Assembly (NCBI RefSeq): GCF_003918875.1
Contig: NW_025767309.1
Span: 558,001 to 622,000 of the forward strand
Length of the DNA: 64,000 nt
Reading direction: 5' to 3'
DNA from: Haliotis rubra
Lineage: Eukaryota
The notes beneath the pieces were generated by a model. The model saw only the letters and a list, made by a program, of their open reading frames with translations, had not been told where the DNA came from and searched no databases. Shown here piece after piece: positions 1 through 12,546 of this stretch. Position 1 is the stretch's first letter. The number at the start of each line of letters is the position of its first letter. The translations under genes were made by a program, and so were the position numbers.

Positions 1-545
1 CGAATCTGGGTTGTTGACACAATAAGCAAATGTTAAGCCCTTAGCTACCCCATCGCCCCTACTATAAATTATTAGATTTGGGTTTGAAAACTTGGCAAGA
101 AAGTTTAAATGATGTGATAGATACTGAAGAAACCTAGTTAACTCAACAATCTGTGGACTGTGTCTATGGAATCATGGATGTACGGTAAGATAACAAACCA
201 TACAACCAATATTCTACAAATAGGTTAGCCTGTTAGTAACTTTGAGCATCACTATGACATGTTAAAGACCAATGTTTAATTACCTACATAGGTATATTAA
301 TGTCAAACAAAATGTCACAGCTATGACATTGACTCCAGGGCTCAGTACCAGTAGTGAGACTATTTATAAAGAAAATGAAGAAAGACATTTTAAACTTTAC
401 AAACCTTACTTATATTAATATAACGCAATACAAAATAACTGTAATACATTTTGAGCCTACAAACCATTTTCACCAAATCATGTCTGAGGTAAATGTATGT
501 CCATGTCTCAGGTATGGATAGACTATAAAAATTTAAATTAGCTTA

Positions 546-701
<156 letters not shown>

Positions 702-1755
702 CTATGTCATTGACATGATGCAATAAGAGTACTAGCCCACTCCATATCTAAGTCTGACACTGTCAAAAGAAAACGCTTTACCAGATTATTTAACTTAACA
801 TGTGTCTCTGAAACATTATTCATTCATGATTCACCTGTTCACTGACAGTAGTTGTACTTCTGTTCATATGGGACATTTACTATCCTTGGAAAGTGACTTT
901 TCACTTCCCTTGAAGTAGGATTCACCAAATTTTTAAATTAGACATTTTATTCTAAAAATTCAAGTTTTAATGCTGATTTTGAAGGTCAATGTTGACAACT
1001 GCGTGCTAAACATGGCTGTTCATTCATTAATACCCATGTGAAGGTACCAAACCAATCGAGAGTTTGAAAACTGGTGAAAACGGTAAAAGGAACCTTTACA
1101 TTACAACAGGTTTTTTCTATAGGAAAACAGATGAAATCTATCTTCAACAACATAACCTACTGGTATGAAGAGGAACAAAAGTTTGACTTACTCATACATC
1201 AGCATATCACTATCAGCAATGCCATCTTAACTGATTAGTCTTAAGAAAATGGCACACAAAGTTATACTTATGCTGACATGACAGAATATTGTACTTGACT
1301 CTTACATCATGTCAGTGTTTCAACTACAAAGTTAAACATCCTCACTACACTCTACGCTTTTCCTCACCTTCTTACCACACATAATGTTGCACAAACTAAT
1401 ATATACTCCTGATACTGGATGTCCTATGATTGTCAACAAAAGGGTCATGTCTCTTTCTATAAAGGTAAACAGTGGTAAGAGTAAATTTGTCGATGGTTGC
1501 AATTAGACAAGTTTATTTTTATTACCATGATTACATGAAAAGACAATGACAATTAACGAGTTGTTAATACATTAAAATATCTGTTTTCTTAATTAGTTTC
1601 AGTACTACTAGAAATGCTGTCGCCAAATGAAATTATCACCCTCTTTCAGTGAGCTGACGTTGGTTTTATGAATCTCTGATCATTACGACATGCATGATCG
1701 ATAGAACAGATCTTGTGTATAATTGAATAGACAGATTCTAATCCTGGTAAAATAC

Positions 1756-1812
1756 CTGCATGATAGTTTTTCGGATGCGCCATAATTTGTATGTTTCTTG
1801 TTCGTCATCCAT
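1756..1812 (-). CDS. POLR2E: RNA polymerase I/II/III subunit RPABC1 (RPB5), coding exon 1
   Basis: Translates MDDEQETYKLWRIRKTIMQ, the RPB5 N-terminus. ATG at 1812, phase-0 GT donor at 1755-1754. Confidence 0.95.
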
Positions 1813-2335
1813 TACGAGTCAAAATCGTAATATAACAATGAAGAAGCTTTCACGTGTTGTGTTATTTACCACGACAAATACTAATACGCTTCTCCTCAAA
1901 ACTAGTTACATTCAACTATATGTATTTTAAAACTAATACTTTAATATTCTTTACAATACTTTTCTTATGATAGAAATGGCTAAAGTAAAACTTGTTTATC
2001 AAACTTGAATAACATTAGGCAGTTGTTACGAAAATGACTGTTGAAATAATTTCAACATCCCTTTTTTCAATTTTAGGCTGTAAACAAATAGTACACATAT
2101 ATCAAGTAAAGCTGTCTAAATGTTGTTTCAATGTTTTGAGATATAAATAATGCAAATATTACTTTTTATGAAGTAAATATATACAATATAATAATAACAC
2201 ACCTATTTTTCGTTATAAAACTACATTTCTTTTTAATGTACGAAACTCTAATAGGTTGATTCGTCAAAACTCTGCACAGGGTATACGTGTAAGGAGTAAA
2301 CGTACATTTGTTTACATGTATCTTAGCTATCTAGA
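1813..2335. promoter_or_regulatory. Putative bidirectional promoter/5'UTRs of POLR2E and GPX4-A
   Basis: About 520 bp between divergent start codons. Contains TTGTTTAC (FoxO-type) at 2308-2315 in a block also present upstream of GPX4-B. Confidence 0.6.
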
Positions 2336-2371
2336 ATGGAGCTTGGTACAACATGCTCATCGTCGAAAATG
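2336..2371 (+). CDS. GPX4: GPX4 copy A exon 1 (ATG 2369-2371; in-frame upstream ATG at 2336 would add MELGTTCSSSK)
   Basis: AAAATG|gtatgt donor, phase 0, compatible with exon 2. Same ATG|gt layout and upstream motifs as copy B. Confidence 0.7.
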
Positions 2372-3238
2372 GTATGTCTGTTACATTGGCGAGCTGACAG
2401 TTGTATAGACATATGTAAATTCACAGTTTGGCCAAATTTATCGTCTGTTTCCAAAATTTATTTTAACTTGTTTAAATTCTTTTCTAAATATATACGCTGG
2501 ACGCGACTAACAGTAACAGTGCCCGCGGGAAGCATGCACTCATCAGATATGCATGATTACCCAATCACAAAATTCAATTGCGAAACCATGTTTATCTACT
2601 CCATTATGTAACAATCTTCATTCAGTCATTGCTTTCGTGTGTTATGACCAATGATGATATTTTGTGATGCCCAGTGAAAATACTACCTTAATTAGTCAAA
2701 ATAAAAATAAAAATCCTTCATTTTCTAATACCTAGAATCTATATCTTTAGAATGACATAGATATTTGTCTGCTCGTTATCAAATTCCAGTTAAACCTCTT
2801 TCCAATACTCCAATGTAAGCCCTGATTTTCTACTCAAAATGGAGCAAACAATCAAAATGATTGTTGAAATGTAGACACAATTTTTTGGGGTATATTAATG
2901 AATACATATTTGTTTTTAAATCCCCAAACCAAATTGTTACTTTAATGTACATAATTATTCAAAGGATAAATATATAAAAATCAGTGTTCATTTCTACGTT
3001 ATTATCATCTATACAGTGTTTCTTTGTTTATTGTTTAATGCCACACTCAGCAATATTCCAGCTATATGTCAGCAGTCTGTAAATAATAAAGTCTGAATCA
3101 GACAATCCAGTGATTAGCAGCATGAGCATCAATCCACACAACTGGAATATGATCACTGTACTATGCTATTATGCATCGCCTGATATAGTTTACACAAAAG
3201 CACACTCACACAGATTATAACTGGTGTTGCTATGTCAG

Positions 3239-3339
3239 TCAGAGGCAGACAGAAACAATGCCTGGAAGAATGCTGCCTCCATCTATGAGTTCACAGCTGA
3301 AGATATTGATGGAAGGGAAGTTTCTCTGGACAAATACAG
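3239..3339 (+). CDS. GPX4: GPX4 copy A exon 2
   Basis: SEADRNNAWKNAASIYEFTAEDIDGREVSLDKY(R), the typical PHGPx N-terminus. AG/GT flanks. Confidence 0.92.
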
Positions 3340-4093
3340 GTAGGGTTCTTGTATCGTTAAAGTCTTTGTAGATATTTGTTGGGGCAGTGGTGTAGCCTAA
3401 TGGTTAAGGCGTTCGCTCGTCATGCCGAAAGACCCGGGTTTGATTCCCCATATGGGCACAATGTCTGAAGCCCATTTCTGGTGTTTTTTTTATCAAGACT
3501 ATTTATATTAATATTTCTTCAATAAAGTGATTAGCTTGATTCATATTTCTCTCACCACCTGTATGTAAATTGACAAGAAAAAATTAGCATAAAACCAGAA
3601 CTCAAAAAGTAAAGAAATGATTTTATAAACATCAAACACAGATATTAAAAACACTCTATTTGCAGGCTCATCTGTAAAACAATAAAAAGATACAGCTCTG
3701 AAAAATCTGTAGTTTTCATGAGAGTTGTAAACATCATTTTATGCACAATCAGTACCATATTCAAATCTGTGTACAGACAGTGTAAATTGTGTTGTGTTTT
3801 CCTGTGTTCAAAGGCAAGTTGGGATCATGTTAAAGTGACAGTCACCAAGATTCAGAAATAAAAATTAGGATACACTATAGTCGAGTTGATACATATTGAC
3901 AACACCCCTAGTAATTTATCACCTTTATCAAAGTATTAAGGCTATAATAGCATTTTTCTAGTTTCATGCAGTGATATTAAGGCACCCTTTAGTAAAATCA
4001 TTTTATGCACAATCAGTTTCCATACACCATTCAAATACTGTGTACAGACAGTGCGAAGGTTTGATTGTGTTGTGTGTTCCTGTGTTCACCCAG

Positions 4094-4253
4094 GGGCAAG
4101 TTGGTGATCATTGTGAATGTGGCATCCAAGTGACAGTACACCAAGGAATACTACACTCAGCTACAACAACTCTAGTGATATTAAGGCACCCTGTCTCTGT
4201 TTAGCTTCTAGGATCCCCTGTGCGCCTTCCCTTTGTAACCAGTTTGGGGACAG
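4094..4253 (+). pseudogene. GPX4: GPX4 copy A exon 3 (Sec exon), disrupted in this sequence
   Basis: Reads [15 protein letters not shown](4131-4133)-QYTKEYYTQLQQL, then TAG at 4173 and sequence from the adjacent 61-bp repeat, then remnants of [13 protein letters not shown] and cag|gtc. 160 nt versus 148 nt in copy B. Confidence 0.8.
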
Positions 4254-4257
4254 GTCA

Positions 4258-4453
4258 AAGTGATATTAAGGCACCCTGTCTCTGTTTAGTTCTATAATCT
4301 ACCCCTGTGCTAGTTGTAAAAGTGATATTAAGGCACCCTGTCTCTGTTTAGTTCTATAATCTACCCCTGTGCTAGTTGAAAAGTGATATTAAGGCACCCT
4401 GTCTCTGTTTAGTTCTATAATCTACCCCTGTGCTAGTTGAAAAGTGATATTAA
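4258..4453 (+). repeat. ~61-bp tandem repeat, about 3 copies
   Basis: Unit aagtgatattaaggcaccctgtctctgtttagttctataatctacccctgtgctagttg repeated, ending at the TTAA of the adjacent transposon. Confidence 0.9.
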
Positions 4454-5546
4454 AGGTCACATGCAATCAAAAAATCAAACATAATTAAAACACAATTATC
4501 ACTTATTCACGACATATAATATACCTTGTTGATTATGAAAAAACATATAAACAAAATTATAAGCATACAATCGCAAATCAAAAGTGCAATATTTTGTACT
4601 TGGGTTTACTTCCCTCGAAACGAAGCACCCGGGAGACCGAACCCAGTCAGAGCGGGTGGGTGTGCACTCAAGTGTAACGGCTGGTTAATTTCCAGATGCC
4701 CTCACGGCTCATTGTGTGTGTATATATAGAGATGTTGGGTTTTGTAAATACATGCTCATTTTTTGTGTATAACATTTTGCAATCAACAGACATCATAACA
4801 TGTCATGTGTACAAGTATCACACCTGCCTGTCTGTGTAATTACATAATGTGACAGAGACCGAACTCGGGCCATAAATCAATGCGTTTTGTTTATGGTGTA
4901 TAGCCTGATAGGTGTTAAGTTCAAATTGCATGTGGTCAGTGATCGAAGTTGAGTATTGAATATTGTCATTAGCAGACAGGCAGGCAGACACAAAGGTGTC
5001 AGTAAAACAGACATTGAGTTTTGTCTGTGACAACGACATATCTATATCACAGTTAGAAATTCTGTCAACGCTAAATAATCAGATTGCTTTTAAGTATCGA
5101 ACTGAGAAAGTGACTCGGTAAGAAGAACGTGTGGTGAAATAGACAAATGAAATTATATAAACAGTTAAGTCGGTAATCTACTGTCATAACATATAAAAAG
5201 CTCGCGCCTGTGAAATATCAACAAAACATTAGAAAAATAGCTCTCACCAAAGCCTTCACCGAGTATTCACCGGACAACCCGCTTCCAAGCTGCGCGAACC
5301 TATTTCACTGCGCATGTGCTATGAGTGCAGCCCAGCGCATCGCAGCCTAGCTGTTGAAACCACTTTTCCCCCAAGCGCTGGGGGAAAATTAGTGAATTGT
5401 TTGAACTCCGATTTCGCGCGTTTTTTTTCATCGCGTTATTTTTCAACTTTATAAGTTGAATTTGCATTTTTTATGATTTGTTTCGGTAAGTCCGTACCGA
5501 AAGGTATCAGAATCTGCAAAGTTGTGTTTTACGTTGCATGTGACCT
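4454..5546. mobile_element. Non-autonomous Kolobok-type DNA transposon, copy 1
   Basis: TTAA target duplications at 4450-4453 and 5547-5550, TIR AGGTCACATGCAA/TTGCATGTGACCT. Close second copy at 30813-31883. Confidence 0.85.
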
Positions 5547-6231
5547 TTAAGTGTGAGTTTTGACTTAGGTTCGAGCTTTTACTCATATTTGAGAAAACGC
5601 AGGAAAATGCATTTCACAGAATGAACTGAAATCGGTATTAAACTCAAACTATAGTAACTACATATAACATATAACTACAATTTGAGTTTGGTGGATAGAT
5701 TCATTTAAGTAGTTTGGGCTTCTATATTTAAAAATTGCAGTTGAGTTAAAAATTCAGATGTTTCAAATTGTGAAACTCAGTTTGAGATTTGTGTAAAAAA
5801 CGTAAGTTTGTTTCAAAAATCGGAGCCTGGACAGTGAGTTTCAGTTACCAGCAGTGGACAATACACTGGAACATGAAGGGAACTTTATAAAACAATATAT
5901 TAAATGATGTACATGTACTATTGTGTCTGTAATGTTTGGTCCTGTTTGAACCTCTATTCAAAACAATCACACAATCTTATTACAATTATTACATCAGACC
6001 CAGTCAAGATCAGATGCCACTTCTATAGACAGTCGTATCGGGGACTGATGAGCTCAGAGAGAATAGTGACTGCCCTGTCTGAGGCTGCACTGGCTCTTGA
6101 ACCAATCAGATGTCAGCTTCCTAAACCTCTTTGGCTTTATTTCTGTATAACCTTAATTCAGAAATGTTGATCTTAGCTTCATTTCAACAGATGTGATGTC
6201 CTATGTAATTTTATGTTGTGTAATATTACAG

Positions 6232-6381
6232 GAGCCTTGGCCCGAACAATCGCATCAAGAGGTTTGTTTTGAAGGAGTTTGACGTTCAGTTCGACATGTA
6301 CAGCAAGACAGACGTGAATGGCAGAAAAGCCCATCCACTCTACAAATTCATCAAAGAACAGCAGAAAGGCATTTTAGGAAA
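6232..6381 (+). CDS. GPX4: GPX4 copy A exon 4 (+1 C at 6241-6243)
   Basis: Removing one C gives EPWPNNRIKRFVLKEFDVQFDMYSKTDVNGRKAHPLYKFIKEQQKGILG(N). 150 nt versus 149 nt in copy B. Confidence 0.88.
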
Positions 6382-7290
6382 GTTAGTATAACATTATTTA
6401 CAGTTTTAAAAACTTCATCTGCATATGTGGAATGATTTGACAAAACTGTTAGCCCTTGTTGCCAGCACCACAACACACAGAGAGCAGTGGGACAAATGAA
6501 GACCAGACTGATTCCCTTACAACATCTCTGATGATACCTTTCTAACTATGACAATAACTGTGTTGGAAGCAGTCTATAAGTTTCAACTAGAGATCATAAT
6601 CAACAAAATCTTCTAATTAGTCTGTAAAATGTGCTTGTACTGAAATTGCCCTTGTTGAAGGTGCAAACCCTATCTCTGTATCTTGAAAAACACTTAACTT
6701 ATCTCACCATCAAAGTTAAGAATTCTTGAATCAGTGCACAGCTGGTACAAGTAAATTAGACTGAGATTGATATTACACATATAATGCATGACCATGCATG
6801 CTCATAAGCTGAGGAAATCTATTTTATTGATTTATCACTCTTTGCCAAAAATGAAGACAAAAATATTTTTGAAATTTCATGTGTCCAGCTGACCACACTA
6901 CTGCATCTGGAATTCCACTTAATACGGCTCGGCATCAGGAGTACTGATACAGGGTTGGAAGCCCCTTGTTGTCCAATTTCTCCAAATGATTATATAATTG
7001 AACATACTACATTCCTTATCACAGTTGGGGCGGTAGGGTAGCATGGTGGTTAAAGCCTTCGCTTGAAGACCCGGGTTCGATTCCCACACGGGTACAATGT
7101 GTGAAGCCTGTTTCTGGTGTCCCCTGCTGATATTGCTGGAATATTGCTAAAAGCGACATAAAACTATACACACTCCCTTACCCCTATCATAGTTACCATG
7201 TTACCTGCTGTTCTGATCAGCAGGTCTCTTCCACATGTCACATGTCTTTCCAGGATCATGATGTTGTACAAACATATTATCTTCTTTCAG

Positions 7291-7375
7291 CATGCTGAAG
7301 TGGAACTTTACAAAATTTCTCATTGATCGCCAAGGAAAGCCTGTGAAGAGATTCGCGCCCCACATAGATCCCCAG
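7291..7375 (+). CDS. GPX4: GPX4 copy A exon 5
   Basis: [28 protein letters not shown], containing the KWNF catalytic Trp/Asn. Canonical splice sites. Confidence 0.95.
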
Positions 7376-7755
7376 GTAAGCTATGTTTCAGCAGCATGTG
7401 TGACAAGGTATCACAGATTTTACATATGGGGGACAAAAGTCCCAAAGTGAAGACTGATATATGGAAAGGTGATAAATACTACTAAAAAATCTCAAGGACC
7501 ACGGATTAACTAAAATGTGATATCAAAGAATTGGATGGTCCTTAAATTTTTTTTAACCCGTCCTCCACAAAAATTCACCCGTCTCCGGACGCTCAGTTTA
7601 TATGAAGCCTTATGAATTTTGTATAATGATTCACCATCCACCACTATTTTAATTTGTCAGTATATATTTCTGTCTCAAATATTAGTGAATCAGTCTGTTC
7701 TGTTGATATGTGTACACATGTTGCAATTTCTTAAGAATGGTTGTCTTTTCTTCAG

Positions 7756-7794
7756 GGAATGATGAAGGACCTTGTTCCATACTTCTATCGGTAG
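7756..7794 (+). CDS. GPX4: GPX4 copy A last coding exon
   Basis: ttcag|GMMKDLVPYFYR-TAG. Same length as the copy B last exon. Confidence 0.88.
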   Translation, partial: GMMKDLVPYFYR

Positions 7795-7870
7795 TCTCCA
7801 GTTTACTGCTTCCCTTGAGCTTATTGCAAGTCATCGTCCAGATCTTGTGTCTGTCTAGACCCAGCTTCAG

Positions 7871-7940
7871 CGTCAGTCAGAATAAATGAAGGTTGATCCC
7901 TAAACCTTGAAGGGGATTGACTGGAGATGGTTTGCTGGCG
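7871..7940 (+). promoter_or_regulatory. Type II SECIS element, GPX4-A 3'UTR
   Basis: ATGA at 7886-7889, helix GGTTGATCCC/GGGATTGACT, apical AAA at 7902-7904 with mini-stem CCT/AGG, 3' GA at 7924-7925, lower helix CGTCAG/CTGGCG. Confidence 0.92.
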
Positions 7941-10900
7941 TACAAACCACTCTGACTGGACACTGGTCAGTGCTGGACCTAGCTGGACATAACCATGGGT
8001 AGTGACTAGTTGTATGTGTAATAGTATCAGAGACACTTAACATTGTCTTAGCATAAATCAGATACTGCCTTGGCTTATTAGATGTATTACATCAAGACAA
8101 ACAATAAATGCAGTTTAATGATATTATAAATCACATTTTAAGTGCCCATTAATCGATAGTTCGGATACAGGAATTACTATGTGCTATTTGTCTTCTTTTG
8201 GACATGTTGTAGAACTTTTCTATTAAAGAAAGATGTTATGATGTTTATCAAATACAGACTGATCTCAGAAACTATGGCAATGTAACAATAAGTGTGATAA
8301 AAACAAATATACATGTATGTGTTATATGCAGTCGAAACTAAAGGGTTACTCAAGGGCAATAACTGTGATATTCTCCGCCAGCTGTGTAATATACCCATCT
8401 TATTCTTATTGTCTGCGATACTTTGCTGTGTTATTGGGAAGGTACGTAGATGTTTCTCAAGAAAATCTGTATTTCCTTGTGCATACATGGACACTCGAGC
8501 GTAATGTGCAGCCCCATTCTTGAGTATAAGTTTCAGTATGATGTCATACCATGCACAGTCAAAAGAATACTGCATTGCTTCAGATAAACGAACAAGAGAA
8601 AACAGACTTGATCATAGGCAGCAGTATTGGTAATATTCAGAAATATTCTTAACACTTTTCAGAATCAGATACTGTTGAAACAAATCTGGCATGCTTCAAT
8701 ACTAAGGTGTTGTCTTTGTTTTGGATTTTCAAAACTCATTGCATGTCCAATGCATACACCCTATCAACACAGCTATTTGTTGTGAAAAAAGTATGTGGTA
8801 CCCATTTTATGCATAGAGTAATAATTTAACAACTGATTAAGTTTATTCATTTTTATGGGAGAACGTGAGTGCTGCCCAGGGTCTGGTTGTTTATTGTTGT
8901 TTTTTACTTCAACAGAACGTCAAATGACACTGATATATGTATTGTTTGAGCGGAATCTAGAAGCATGTCTATTTTATACCACAATATTATATTTTATAAT
9001 TAACAATATATTCTTTTATACAGTATTAACAGTCTGATGTTAATTGTTGTTGATGCATTTGAAAGGAAACCTTGAGTCATGAATTGTTGATAGAGATCAG
9101 CAGACACAATACGTGGGCTGGATGCAGGACGGATCCATTACCTGCTTGGGATCTATATCCTGTTTGATGAAAGAAGGGTGGTTACAGTGCTCACATTTCT
9201 TTTGTCATCTGATTACTGACTAGTTTTTTTTATCACGTGCTGCATATTTTGGTGAACACACTGTGCTAGTGTTGACTTTGACAGTTTCCTTCTTGAAAGG
9301 TGGGGTAGCCTAATGGTTAAAGCGTTGGCCACCCCTGGGTACAATGTGTGAAGCCCATTTCTGGTGTCCCCTGCCGTGATGTTGCTGGAATATTGCTAAA
9401 AGCGGCGTAAAATCAAACTCAGTCAGTCAGTCAGTCCTTGAAAGGTCCATCCCTAAAAGTCATTGATAGTAGATATCTTTCTAAGGGATTCTTCTGAAGA
9501 TTTTGTTATCCTGTTATATTCATATTTAGGTTTGAGAAGTAATTTTGAAATTGTTATTATTTCAAATATCAAAATGAATATTTTTAGCTCACCTGACTAA
9601 TAGTCAAGTTCATCTTTCATCCTTTCAACAGAAACCAGTAGACCAATGAAGCTGAAATGTAACAGACATTTTCAACCACCTCAATTTGTTTCCAGATGTT
9701 TGAATCTTGTTTGGCACTCATATTGGAAAAGGTATTTATGACAATTTTTCTCATATTTGTTCAAAATGGATTAGTTTTGTGGCTCTAAATGTGTGTTTGT
9801 TTTTTCTGATGTGTTAATTTTTAAGTTTATATTTGACCATTGCACTTTGAAAATGGTCCAATATTGTTGCAAAATTCTTTTCCTCAGGAACTAATGGGCC
9901 AGTAAAACTCCATATGCTCATTCATTCACAATGATGACACCTGATCTTGTTCAGGAAATCTGTTTTTCAGTGTGGCGACCACAATGGCCATGTTGAAAAT
10001 TCTTGTATGGCCATTACACAGACATTTTTTTACAAAATATTATGAATTTGTTATGGGATGCAATAATTGCAGTAGTTGCTAAGGTGCTATGTGAGTGGAC
10101 ACAGGGTGACTGTTTGCCTGTTCCACCACACATAGTGGTTCTAACCTGACACAGATTATGTTTCAGACATTTATTTACATCACTGGTGCATGCTTAAAAA
10201 TTGTAAATTGGTTGTTATGTTTTAATGTTTATATACAGAGATGAAGTTATAGATATTTTGTCTCTGCATCCATATTTATTGTATCTAATATCTGTTTATA
10301 TACAAGGGTAAAGGTTTATTTTGTGTGATGTCACCAATATATTTGTACGGACATAATCATGGTGACAAAAGTAAATGTTATTCATGTGGTTCGTTTTTCA
10401 ATGTCAGATGACAACAATAAGAAATAAATTGAGTCTGGTGCTGCATAATTACTGGGGTAAATATTTCAACTTTATAAAGGCATCCTGTTCATCACTGGGC
10501 CAATGTAATTACTCACTGATTTACTGGACACTTAATAATGTAGTTATCTAACAAGATTGGTCCGGCAGAAAGGATATTTTGGCACAAACTCATTACAATC
10601 TTCTTGACATCTTTGAGACATTTAGAAGTTAAACAAATATAAATACATGATTCTTTGTCCTTTCATTCAAAACAAGATAAAAATGTGTTTGTGTGAAATA
10701 ATTAGTATGCTGCTGCCTTTTTGTGGTTTGTATTTATTTGCTGAGTTAGTTTTAGTGAAAGTTCTAGTCCTGTGATTTTTGTGAACTACAATTATTATAC
10801 TCAGATACATAGTCAGCGTCTTGTTGGTTGTTTAGTCACGTCTTTCAATATATTTATATTATCGGTATATATTTTTATGTATCTGAGCAACATTATATTC

Positions 10901-12546
10901 ATATTGTGTGTCATTTTTGCCAAGATATAGATGTTTTAGTATCCATGCTCACTTTATATACAGTTTGTTGTTGAAGTTGAAGGTACCAACATAAATACTT
11001 TGGGTTGCCCGAGGTTCAACACAGCCGCAAAGTGATTACTAAATATAAGGAATGTCCAGGAAGAAGCGTTAACTTTGATACAACCATAAGTTCAACTCCT
11101 CAAAATTTGACAAAGCAGTGTCTAACTGTATTTGTTTGTACAGGGTGCGGTGGTGTAGCCCAGTGGTTAAAGTGTTCACTCGTCACACTCAAGAACCGGG
11201 TTCGAATCCCCACATGGGTACAATGTGTGAAGCCCATTTCTGGTATGCCCTGATATTGCCATCCTCATAATCTTCTATGTTGACATAAATCTCCCACTAT
11301 ACCCGGATGCATCACGGAGGCGATTTTTATTACCTCCCTTGGCTACTCAGGTTTCTAGAAAGTTGAGCTACCAATCACAACCAGCTTTTTAAATTATCTA
11401 ACCGGCAGGTAATGGCAACACAATAATATATTGTTGCACAGGTACTCTGACTTTTCAATTTGTCTGTATGTTTTCCCAAATCTGAGACTACATCCACTGC
11501 AATCGCTATCTTTGTTGACACTGGCAAGCTCGGTTGTAACGAGGCTTATCTGATTGGCTACTACCATGGAGGTAATAAGATCATCCAGGGTATTGAGATT
11601 TATGTGATATTGGAGATGGAATATTGCTGGAATATTGCTAAAAGCAGCATAAAACTGAGCTCAGTCACTGTTCGTACAGTGTAACCTTTACTTTGTGGAA
11701 ACCAAGGTTAGCATAAATTTTCCAGGTTAACAACGAATCATGGGTACCCTGTGGGCATATCAAATTTTTCTATTGTGTTAGTTTGACATTTTGATGATAA
11801 TGGCATCATCAGAAGTATATTTTTGGTACACTTTAAAATGATTGTGAAAAATTATATCCATCTACCCAGAGATCTCAGTAAGACAATACCAGGGTAACTG
11901 ACAAGGAAGTGTAGTGTTCCTCAGAAATATGATTGTGTGTTATTTCTTCTATTTTGGATTTCTCCCAAAGTGTGATACTGGTGATAACCGCCTCAATTAT
12001 ACAGTGAATCTTATCTCCATAATGGTGCAAGAATCAACATTGAAAAGCCACTCTATGCAATAAACAAGAAACTGTTATCCATAAAGTCATATGTTTCATT
12101 ATTGACTCACCAACTTCTAGAAATTCAAACAATTCAATCTCCATTTTGTTTTGACATATAACCCACACCTATTCTTAGCTTTGCTTTGTTTTGGGAGTAA
12201 TGTCACCTGCTGCCTGTCTGTCATTGAATGCTTACCTCAGAATTTCTTTTGTGTGAGCTGGAAATCAAAATGTCTCTTCTGAATGTGGTTTCGTCAGAAA
12301 TCAAGAATAAATAATGTGGTCTCATCGGAACAAGGCCTTGACATATTTAAATGAAAGATATTGCAGCTCTAAGTTATATTTTAGCCAGAAAAGATGCTTC
12401 ATAAGTACTAAAATGGGAGTGGGTGAAGTGTCTTTATGCTACGAAAAGTTTGGGGTGTATTTGCAATGGCACGCAATAGTTGACATGAATATTTCCATGC
12501 TTCTTTCAATGAAGGACCACCATAATTTGATTGGAAGTCTTTTTTA

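Noticed and set aside
4258-4453. CRISPR-like arrays (also 13230-14020 and 60930-61766)
   Set aside because: These are head-to-tail repeats without unique spacers, in a eukaryotic context with no cas genes.
7821-8036. Near-identical minus-strand ORFs at 7821-8036 and 41622-41993 as a duplicated small gene
   Set aside because: They are the antisense reading of the shared SECIS block. Similarity stops at the block edges and their starts and ends differ.
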